Source: a virus (lineage: Duplodnaviria; Heunggongvirae; Uroviricota; Caudoviricetes). From it: 31,925 bases of DNA. A program made the translations under genes and the position numbers. Positions 18,279-26,022 of this stretch are shown here, one piece after another; positions within the stretch are counted from its first letter, which is position 1; each line of letters opens with the position of its first letter. Under the pieces are notes generated by a model. That model made no database searches. It was given only the letters and a program-made list of their open reading frames with translations, and was not told where the DNA came from. The stretch lies in the IMG/VR virus record IMGVR_UViG_2917881069_000003, positions 1-31,925 of that record; one strand, given 5' to 3'.

Positions 18279-19022
18279 TTAACTGGCTTTCTTTTTCGGG
18301 CGTCCACGTTTTGCCGGTGTCACGCTCCGGGTCTTACGCGGGGTACGGGTGGCCGCTTTGGGCTGCGGCTCCGGCTTCGGTTTCAGCTCCCGCTCCAGTC
18401 GTTCAATCTCTTTTTTGACGCCTGCCTGACAGTCGAGCTGTGTCGCACGTTGCAGGTGCGCCAGCGCACCGGCGGCATCACCACCGTCACGCAGAAACAG
18501 ACCGGTGATTTTGTGCAGCTTTGCGCGTACTTCATCAGGCATGTCAGCCGTGGCGGTCAGTTCGAGGGTGTCCGTCAGCAGGCGGGTATCCACAGACTCA
18601 CCGGCAGCGTGAGCGCGCATGGCCGCGAGCGCCACCTCCTCGGTGAACATGTACGGCGGGGTGCGGCGGTGTTTACCCGGCATGGTCAGACCGTACTTCA
18701 GGGCATAACGGGCAATCTCCAGCGCACCGGCAATATCGCCGGTATCCAGACGCCACAGCATGACCGTCATCAGAATGTCATCCTGTGCGCCTTTGCCCTG
18801 CTCCAGCACGCCGTTCACCCACGGCAACCAGAACGGCAGCAGTTCGCGTTTTTTTGCGGCCTTCAGCTCTTTTGAATAAATCGCTTTCAGTGTGCGCTGG
18901 TCTGCGGCCAGCTTGACCAGCATCTGCTCATAGACAGTTGCATGTCGCAGCGGGGCGGCTTCCCGCTGCGCGGTCATCGCTGCCGAGACCCGCATCATGT
19001 GGCGCTGTGCGGGACTCGTCAT
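18279..19022 (-). CDS. M: Terminase small (endonuclease) subunit M (247 aa)
   Basis: Length and position as in P2; basic C-terminal tail. Confidence 0.88.
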   Translation of the reverse strand: MTSPAQRHMMRVSAAMTAQREAAPLRHATVYEQMLVKLAADQRTLKAIYSKELKAAKKRELLPFWLPWVNGVLEQGKGAQDDILMTVMLWRLDTGDIAGALEIARYALKYGLTMPGKHRRTPPYMFTEEVALAAMRAHAAGESVDTRLLTDTLELTATADMPDEVRAKLHKITGLFLRDGGDAAGALAHLQRATQLDCQAGVKKEIERLERELKPKPEPQPKAATRTPRKTRSVTPAKRGRPKKKAS

Positions 19023-19025
19023 CGG

Positions 19026-20099
19026 TTACGCTCCCGGCTCTGCGGTCGCCTTAGCCGGTGTGGAAAAATCACCGACCTTAATTTTTTCCACCAGACAACC
19101 GGCGGCGTAGTCTTCCACCACGTAATCAATGTTCATTGACTCGTAGTTCTCCACGCGGTCGAGTTTCGGGTTTTTCACAATCACGCGGCGATGGCTGTCA
19201 TCCATGTAGTAGATGGACAGGTTTTCCAGCTTCGTGATGAGCATCGCATCTGCCGGGAAGTACGGGACGCGCACCGCCGGCAGGTTACCGATGCGTTTCT
19301 GGCTGATGATGACGTCAGCGGCCAGCATTTCGCTGTTGTCCTGCTCCTTGTTGACGATGGGGAAATACTTGTCCGCCAGTAGCTGACGCCCCACAATCAC
19401 CACAAGGTCAGGGTCTTCCTGATACCACGGTTCAATCAGGTTATTGGTCGCATCCATCACCAGTGCATCAAGGCTGGCATAATCACCGCCCTTACCCACG
19501 CGGATGACCTCAGAGGTCGTGTGACCTTCCTCGTCAGTGACCTTGCTCATCACGCGCGCCGGTGCTTCATTGCGGTATTTCTGCAGCCAGCCGACCGCCA
19601 CATCCTGCAACATCGGATTGCTGCTGCGGTCAGAGGTTTCGGCACGCTTCACGCCGTTAAAACCGGCCATGATGAAATCAAGGGACTGGCGTTTGATAAT
19701 GGCGTTACGGATACGGAGCTGGAAATCCTGATAACGCGCCCACAGGTCAAGCGTTTTGTAGCGGATATAAAAATCGAAGTTAATCTGGTCGCATTCGTAC
19801 TTGTTTGACGCCAGCTTCGAGAAGTCCTTCGGCTGACGCTCGGTGCCACCGGCGGTATCGGTGGTGCTGGCGATGGAGCCGGTGACACCGATGCCAATTT
19901 TTTCCCCTTTCATTTCGCTGACCGGCACAATGTTGATGCGGGTCAGGAAATCAGAGGACTCCTGCATGGTGTTCATCAGGGTCTGGGTGACCGACGGTTC
20001 AACGGTGAATTTTTTCGACACATCACCGGCGTCGATGCCGTTCAGTTCGGCAACACGGGACAGGTAGGCATTAAATTTAAAGCGGGTTTCCTGGCGCAT
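19026..20099 (-). CDS. N: Major capsid protein N (357 aa)
   Basis: Length and position as in P2 gpN. Confidence 0.9.
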   Translation of the reverse strand: MRQETRFKFNAYLSRVAELNGIDAGDVSKKFTVEPSVTQTLMNTMQESSDFLTRINIVPVSEMKGEKIGIGVTGSIASTTDTAGGTERQPKDFSKLASNKYECDQINFDFYIRYKTLDLWARYQDFQLRIRNAIIKRQSLDFIMAGFNGVKRAETSDRSSNPMLQDVAVGWLQKYRNEAPARVMSKVTDEEGHTTSEVIRVGKGGDYASLDALVMDATNNLIEPWYQEDPDLVVIVGRQLLADKYFPIVNKEQDNSEMLAADVIISQKRIGNLPAVRVPYFPADAMLITKLENLSIYYMDDSHRRVIVKNPKLDRVENYESMNIDYVVEDYAAGCLVEKIKVGDFSTPAKATAEPGA

Positions 20100-20157
20100 A
20101 GTTTTTCCTGAAATTAAGGGTTAATCGTGAAGGTTTTCCCGGACTGACTGACGCCGG

Positions 20158-21012
20158 TCAGCAGTTCGTCATCAGGGCGTCACCGCCACCGCCGGTGGCC
20201 TTGCTGCGGCGCTGCTGGGTCAGACTTTCGGTGCTGTCGAGACTGTTTTTCAGGCGGGTGAATGCCTGGCTGGTTTCATCTGCCCTGTCAGTCACCTCCT
20301 GCTTAAGAGCGGAAAAGGCAGTTTCCATCTCAGCGAGGCGCTGCTCAGTGGCGCTCAGTTTTTCCTGCACATGTTCAGCAACAGCGGTCACCGCTTCATG
20401 CACGTCATTCAGACGGGCGTCATCGCTGGCCTGTTTGCGGCCAAAAATGGATTTCACCTTTTCGGTCAGGGCGGTGAACACGGTTTCAGGCAGGTCTTCA
20501 AATTCCAGCTCAACAGGCGTTGCCACTGAAATCAGGTTTTCAGGGCTTAATTTGAAGCGGTTCAGGGGGTTGTGTTTTGCCGTGCGGCAGAATTCCAGGT
20601 ATTCCGTACCGAGGCTTGCCGGGTCATCGGTGACGGCCAGACCCACCAGATAACATTTGCCGGTGTTGGCAAAGTTCGGCTGAATTTCCATTGAGGTATA
20701 GACCTTCTGCGCGGCCTTGTTCATCGCGATAAGGTCATCGGTCGGGGTGATTTTCGCAAACAGCGCCCATTTGCCTTTCAGCGCCGAATCGTCGTCAATC
20801 TTTTCGGCCTTCAGTTCGACCACATCGCCATAACGTTTAAAAATACCGTCAGGCAGGATGCCGCGCAGATGTTCCAGGTTAATGCGGCAACCGTAGACAC
20901 GCGGGTCAAAGGTTTCGGCCATTTCCTGAATATCCTGCGCACTGATGACACGCCCGTCACAGGTGTCACCCTCAACGCCGATACGAAAGAATTTTGAGAC
21001 TTTTTTTGCCAT
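20158..21012 (-). CDS. O: Capsid scaffold protein O (284 aa)
   Basis: Start at MAKKVSKFFRIGVEGD... (ATG 21010-21012) gives 284 aa as in P2 gpO; the ORF-track version is over-extended by 22 aa. Confidence 0.88.
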   Translation of the reverse strand: MAKKVSKFFRIGVEGDTCDGRVISAQDIQEMAETFDPRVYGCRINLEHLRGILPDGIFKRYGDVVELKAEKIDDDSALKGKWALFAKITPTDDLIAMNKAAQKVYTSMEIQPNFANTGKCYLVGLAVTDDPASLGTEYLEFCRTAKHNPLNRFKLSPENLISVATPVELEFEDLPETVFTALTEKVKSIFGRKQASDDARLNDVHEAVTAVAEHVQEKLSATEQRLAEMETAFSALKQEVTDRADETSQAFTRLKNSLDSTESLTQQRRSKATGGGGDALMTNC

Positions 21013-21185
21013 TGTCAGGAGTCCTGAATAGTGATTAGAGGAGTCACATGTCGGCATCAGTTTCCCGACGATGCGCATCCTCCGCCATCAGTCCCGGATG
21101 GCTTATCACTGACACAACAGCACCTTAGCGAATCGCGGGGCGCGACTCAGTAGCCTTGCCGTGTATTCATCACGGCGAGGTATTC

Positions 21186-22958
21186 ATGACCATCACCACA
21201 GACACCACTCTTTTACACGACCCGCGTCGTCAGGCGGCGCTGCTGTACTGGCAGGGATTTTCCGTGCCGCAGATTGCCGCCATGTTGCAGATGAAACGCC
21301 CGACGGTGCAGAGCTGGAAACAGCGCGACGGCTGGGACAGCGTTGCCCCCATCAGCCGTGTCGAAATGAGTCTGGAAGCGCGGCTGACCCAGCTCATCAT
21401 CAAACCGCAGAAAACCGGCGGTGACTTCAAGGAAATTGACCTGCTGGGACGCCAGATTGAACGACTGGCACGGGTAAACCGTTACAGTCAGACCGGCAAC
21501 GAGGCAGACCTTAATCCGAACGTTGCTAACCGCAACAAAGGCGGGCGCCGCAAACCGAAAAAGAATTTTTTCAGTGACGAGGCCATCGAAAAGCTGGAGC
21601 AGATTTTCTTTGAGCAGTCTTTTGAATATCAGTTGCACTGGTATCGCGCCGGGCTTGAGCACCGCATCCGCGATATTCTGAAATCCCGCCAGATTGGCGC
21701 AACGTTTTATTTTTCCCGCGAGGCGCTGCTGCGCGCCCTGAAAACCGGTCATAACCAGATTTTTCTGTCGGCCAGTAAAACGCAGGCGTATGTGTTCCGC
21801 GAATACATCATCGCCTTTGCCCGTCTGGTTGACGTTGACCTTACCGGTGACCCGATTGTCCTGGGCAATAACGGCGCAAAACTGATTTTTCTCGGCACCA
21901 ACTCCAACACCGCACAGAGCCATAACGGCGACCTGTACGTCGACGAGATTTTCTGGATCCCGAATTTTCAGGTACTGCGTAAGGTGGCATCAGGTATGGC
22001 CTCACAGAGTCACCTGCGCTCGACCTATTTCTCCACCCCGTCCACGCTGGCGCACGACGCCTACCCGTTCTGGTCTGGTGAACTGTTCAACCGGGGACGC
22101 GCCAGCGCCGCCGAACGTGTGGAAATCGACGTCAGTCATAACGCCCTAGCCGGTGGGCTTCTCTGTGCGGACGGTCAGTGGCGGCAGATTGTCACCATTG
22201 AGGATGCCCTGAAAGGTGGCTGCACACTGTTCGACATTGAGCAGCTCAAACGCGAAAACAGCGCCGACGATTTTAAAAACCTGTTCATGTGTGAATTTGT
22301 TGACGACAAGGCGTCGGTGTTCCCGTTCGAGGAGCTGCAACGCTGCATGGTCGACACGCTGGAAGAATGGGAAGACTATGCGCCGTTTGCCGCGAATCCG
22401 TTCGGCTCCCGCCCGGTATGGATTGGTTACGACCCGTCACACCGTGGCGACAGCGCCGGATGCGTGGTACTGGCACCGCCGGTGGTGGCCGGTGGCAAAT
22501 TCAGAATACTTGAGCGTCACCAGTGGAAAGGCATGGACTTTGCCACTCAGGCGGAATCCATCCGCAAACTCACCGAAAAATACAACGTCGAATACATCGG
22601 TATTGATGCCACCGGCCTCGGTGTCGGCGTGTTCCAGCTCGTGCGCTCGTTCTATCCCGCCGCGCGCGATATCCGCTACACACCGGAAATGAAAACCGCA
22701 ATGGTGCTCAAGGCAAAAGACGTTATCCGCCGTGGCTGTCTGGAATATGACGTCAGCGCCACCGACATCACCAGCTCGTTTATGGCTATCCGCAAGACCA
22801 TGACCAGCAGCGGACGCAGCGCCACCTATGAGGCCAGTCGCAGCGAGGAAGCCAGCCACGCCGACCTCGCCTGGGCGACCATGCACGCCCTGTTAAATGA
22901 GCCACTCACCGCCGGTATCAGCACCCCGCTGACATCCACCATTCTGGAGTTTTACTGA
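21186..22958 (+). CDS. P: Terminase large (ATPase) subunit P (590 aa)
   Basis: ATG at 21186 with GAGG RBS gives MTITTDTTLLHDP..., 590 aa as in P2 gpP; divergent from O as in P2. Confidence 0.9.
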   Translation: MTITTDTTLLHDPRRQAALLYWQGFSVPQIAAMLQMKRPTVQSWKQRDGWDSVAPISRVEMSLEARLTQLIIKPQKTGGDFKEIDLLGRQIERLARVNRYSQTGNEADLNPNVANRNKGGRRKPKKNFFSDEAIEKLEQIFFEQSFEYQLHWYRAGLEHRIRDILKSRQIGATFYFSREALLRALKTGHNQIFLSASKTQAYVFREYIIAFARLVDVDLTGDPIVLGNNGAKLIFLGTNSNTAQSHNGDLYVDEIFWIPNFQVLRKVASGMASQSHLRSTYFSTPSTLAHDAYPFWSGELFNRGRASAAERVEIDVSHNALAGGLLCADGQWRQIVTIEDALKGGCTLFDIEQLKRENSADDFKNLFMCEFVDDKASVFPFEELQRCMVDTLEEWEDYAPFAANPFGSRPVWIGYDPSHRGDSAGCVVLAPPVVAGGKFRILERHQWKGMDFATQAESIRKLTEKYNVEYIGIDATGLGVGVFQLVRSFYPAARDIRYTPEMKTAMVLKAKDVIRRGCLEYDVSATDITSSFMAIRKTMTSSGRSATYEASRSEEASHADLAWATMHALLNEPLTAGISTPLTSTILEFY

Positions 22959-23992
22959 TGAGCAAGAAAAAAGGGAAAACACCGCAACCTGCGGCAAAAA
23001 AAATGACCGCCAGCGCCCCGAAAATGGAGGCATTCACCTTTGGTGAGCCGGTGCCGGTACTCGACCGCCGTGACATTCTGGATTACGTCGAGTGCATCAG
23101 TAACGGCAGATGGTATGAGCCGCCGGTCAGCTTTACCGGTCTGGCAAAAAGCCTGCGTGCTGCCGTGCATCACAGCTCACCGATTTACGTCAAACGTAAT
23201 ATTCTGGCCTCGACATTTATCCCGCACCCGTGGCTGTCCCAGCAGGATTTCAGCCGCTTTGTGCTGGATTTTCTGGTGTTCGGTAATGCGTTTCTGGAAA
23301 AGCGTTACAGCACCACCGGTAAGGTCATCAGACTGGAAACCTCACCGGCAAAATATACCCGCCGTGGTGTGGAAGAGGATGTTTACTGGTGGGTGCCGTC
23401 CTTCAACGAGCCGACAGCCTTCGCGCCCGGTTCCGTGTTTCACCTGCTGGAGCCGGATATTAATCAGGAGCTGTACGGCCTGCCGGAATATCTCAGCGCC
23501 CTTAACTCTGCCTGGCTGAATGAGTCGGCCACGCTGTTCCGCCGCAAGTATTACGAAAACGGCGCTCATGCCGGATACATCATGTACGTCACCGATGCCG
23601 TGCAGGATCGCAACGATATCGAAATGCTTCGCGAAAACATGATCAAGTCGAAAGGCCGCAACAACTTTAAAAACCTGTTTCTCTATGCCCCGCAGGGAAA
23701 AGCCGACGGCATTAAAATTATCCCGCTCAGTGAAGTGGCAACGAAGGACGATTTTTTTAATATCAAAAAAGCCAGCGCCGCTGACCTGCTGGACGCGCAC
23801 CGCATCCCCTTTCAGTTGATGGGTGGCAAGCCGGAAAACGTCGGGTCTCTGGGTGATATTGAGAAAGTGGCAAAGGTCTTTGTCCGCAATGAGCTTATCC
23901 CGCTACAGGACAGGATTCGGGAAATAAACGGCTGGCTCGGTCAGGAGGTCATCCGCTTTAAAAACTACTCACTGGACACTGACAACGGCTGA
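22958..23992 (+). CDS. Q: Portal protein Q (344 aa)
   Basis: 344 aa as in P2 gpQ; ATGA overlap with the P stop. Confidence 0.9.
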   Translation: MSKKKGKTPQPAAKKMTASAPKMEAFTFGEPVPVLDRRDILDYVECISNGRWYEPPVSFTGLAKSLRAAVHHSSPIYVKRNILASTFIPHPWLSQQDFSRFVLDFLVFGNAFLEKRYSTTGKVIRLETSPAKYTRRGVEEDVYWWVPSFNEPTAFAPGSVFHLLEPDINQELYGLPEYLSALNSAWLNESATLFRRKYYENGAHAGYIMYVTDAVQDRNDIEMLRENMIKSKGRNNFKNLFLYAPQGKADGIKIIPLSEVATKDDFFNIKKASAADLLDAHRIPFQLMGGKPENVGSLGDIEKVAKVFVRNELIPLQDRIREINGWLGQEVIRFKNYSLDTDNG

Positions 23993-23997
23993 ACATC

Positions 23998-24019
23998 GCC
24001 GCCTGCGGGCGGCTTTTTT
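23998..24019 (+). terminator. Rho-independent terminator after Q (gccgcc tgcg ggcggc + tttttt)
   Basis: 6-bp GC stem, 4-nt loop and T6 tract read directly, 6 nt after the Q stop. Confidence 0.65.
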
Positions 24020-24161
24020 ACACCCCGTCATCACGCCCTCACACGCTCACCACCGCACAAAACACCCCGCAGACACACCAACGCCTCAACGGGCAGACTA
24101 AGCGCCTTCACGACGCGCTCAGACACTGAAAAAATAAAATCAGCACCACCGCCAGCGCGCA

Positions 24162-24180
24162 GTGCTTTCCCCGCCTCGCC
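24162..24180 (-). other. cos: cos cohesive-end site: 19-nt sequence GGCGAGGCGGGGAAAGCAC on the minus strand
   Basis: Plus strand gtgctttccccgcctcgcc is the exact reverse complement of the P2 19-nt cohesive end as I recall it. It lies about 170 bp beyond Q, as in P2, with a CA-rich stretch between the Q terminator and cos. Confidence 0.75.
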
Positions 24181-24370
24181 CGCCCGCTTCATGGGGCTGT
24201 TTTGATGCAGATGCATTATGTCTCCCTCCCCAGTGCTGCGTTGCAGTCGGAACACAAAAACCGTTATCAAAATCACATGCAAATAGACGCAGTCAAATGC
24301 GCTGCCGCCCCTCGCAATACCTTCAATTTCATGATAAAAAAACACAATCCCTTAAAAGAGCATTATCCTC

Positions 24371-25237
24371 ATGAAAAAAGTATATGAACTAACCAGTGAA
24401 GAAGCACTGTCATATTTTCTTCGCCATGATTCCTACACAACCTTAGAATTGCCAGCATATATTAATTTCGCTACGTTATTAAATAATATTAATTCGTCTA
24501 TCCATAACAAAAAAATTAAAATTGAACCAACCGCCAAAGACCTGATGGGTAAAAATATCAATTATGAGGTGCTTGTCAGTAAAGATGGACTATATAGCTG
24601 GCGCAGGATAACACTTATCAATCCTCTTTATTATGTCTACTTCTGTAGAAAAATCACAGCACCAACAACTTGGGAAATCATAACAGAAAAATTCAAATCT
24701 TTTGAATCAAACGACCTTTTTACATGTTCAAGCATCCCCGTCAGGAAAGACGACTCATCAAACATTGCGGCGTCAGTAATGAATTGGTGGGGAGATTTTG
24801 AACAAAAAAGCCTTGCCCTTGCTCTTGAATATGAATTCATGTTCAGCACTGATATCTCAAACTTCTACCCATCAATATATACTCATAGTTTTGAATGGGT
24901 ATTCATATCAAAAGAAGAGGCAAAGAAGAAAAAAGACAAAAACAACCCTGGCCGATTAATTGACAACCACATTCAAATGATGATGAACAATCAGACAAAT
25001 GGTATTCCACTCGGCAGCACATTGATGGATACTTTTGCTGAGCTTATCCTGGGTAAAATCGATATAGAATTAAGAAAAAAAACTAACGAATTCAAGATTA
25101 CAAACTACAAGGTTGTACGTTACCGTGATGATTACCGGATTTTTTCTAATAGTAAAGATGATTTAGACATAATATCCAAATGTTTAGTCAACGTGTTAGG
25201 TGATTTTGGTTTAGATCTAAAACTCAAAAAAAACTGA
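24371..25237 (+). CDS. Reverse transcriptase domain ORF of an Abi-P2/AbiK-like RT (288 aa as sequenced; N-terminal part of a roughly 515-codon gene)
   Basis: RT catalytic motifs in the translation: STDISNFYPSI (motif A, nt 24845-24877), GIPLGSTLMDTFAELIL (motif B, 25001-25051), VRYRDDYRIF (YxDD motif C, 25115-25144). The ORF ends at a TGA immediately after an A8 run. Confidence 0.75.
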   Translation: MKKVYELTSEEALSYFLRHDSYTTLELPAYINFATLLNNINSSIHNKKIKIEPTAKDLMGKNINYEVLVSKDGLYSWRRITLINPLYYVYFCRKITAPTTWEIITEKFKSFESNDLFTCSSIPVRKDDSSNIAASVMNWWGDFEQKSLALALEYEFMFSTDISNFYPSIYTHSFEWVFISKEEAKKKKDKNNPGRLIDNHIQMMMNNQTNGIPLGSTLMDTFAELILGKIDIELRKKTNEFKITNYKVVRYRDDYRIFSNSKDDLDIISKCLVNVLGDFGLDLKLKKN

Positions 25238-25253
25238 GCTATATGAAGATATT

Positions 25254-25919
25254 GTGCTTCACTCCTTGAAACAAGCCAAAAAAGACTATATCAAAGAAAA
25301 AAGACACAAGTCACTCCAGAAAATGCTCTACTCAATATATTTACTCTCACTAAAACATCCAAACTCGAAAACAATCGTTAGATATCTCAATGATTTTCTT
25401 AGAAAATTATTTAGAATGAATACAATTACAGATAACGGTCACCAAATAGATGCCATGCTTGGTATTATTTCAAGCATCATGGCAAAAAACCCTACAACGT
25501 ACCCAGCAGGAACTGCCATTTTCTCAAAACTCCTCAGTTTTCTTTATACTGACGACACATATCCTAAATTCAAAAAACTAGAACAACTCCATAAAAAACT
25601 TGCTAAGCAACCCAATACAGAAATGCTTGATATATGGTTTCAGCGAATTCAAGCAAAAATAAACCCAGAGTGGGAAAGCTCTTATAAGTCAGCTCTATGC
25701 GTCCGTGTAAATGATGAACTCACGAAAAAGAAAACAGTTTCTGAAAATAATTTATGGAATATTGACTGGATTCCAGGAAAAGAAACGAACAGAAACAAAG
25801 CCCAAATATTATCATTACTAACGAAAACAAAAATTGTTGATGCAGAAAAATTTGAGAAAATGGATAATGACATAATACCCGAAGAAGTTGATTTATTCTT
25901 TAAAGAATACAGCAATTAA
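25254..25919 (+). CDS. C-terminal alpha-helical domain ORF of the same RT (221 aa as sequenced, in another frame; ORF-track start is a GTG)
   Basis: The frame is open from 25221. Removing one A from the A8 run at 25226-25233 joins it to the upstream ORF as ...LDLKLKKTELYEDIVLHSLKQ... Lys/Leu-rich helical composition typical of the C-terminal domains of Abi-type RTs. Confidence 0.6.
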   Translation: MLHSLKQAKKDYIKEKRHKSLQKMLYSIYLLSLKHPNSKTIVRYLNDFLRKLFRMNTITDNGHQIDAMLGIISSIMAKNPTTYPAGTAIFSKLLSFLYTDDTYPKFKKLEQLHKKLAKQPNTEMLDIWFQRIQAKINPEWESSYKSALCVRVNDELTKKKTVSENNLWNIDWIPGKETNRNKAQILSLLTKTKIVDAEKFEKMDNDIIPEEVDLFFKEYSN

Positions 25920-25926
25920 TATCCCA

Positions 25927-25958
25927 AAGCCATGCTAGTAACATAACATGGCTTTTCA
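25927..25958. terminator. Candidate terminator hairpin between convergent RT and A genes
   Basis: aagccatg ... catggctt inverted repeat followed by tttcaaa on the + strand. Confidence 0.35.
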
Positions 25959-26022
25959 AATCATCCATTAAGCAGTTATCAAGAGCGAACACAATATTCT
26001 ATTCTGATGAGTTAAATTATCA

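Noticed and set aside
21013-21185. Ogr-type late promoter motif (TGT-N12-ACA) in the O/P divergent intergenic region
   Set aside because: Late promoters are expected here, but I found only partial matches by eye and no exact dyad, so no coordinates are reported.
14183-23800. Antisense or out-of-frame ORFs across the V-to-Q region (e.g. 14443-14991, 16270-16842, 17538-17984, 18276-18875, 21213-21923, 22437-22886, 23342-23800)
   Set aside because: All lie inside P2-type genes on the opposite strand or in another frame; typical GC-rich shadow frames.
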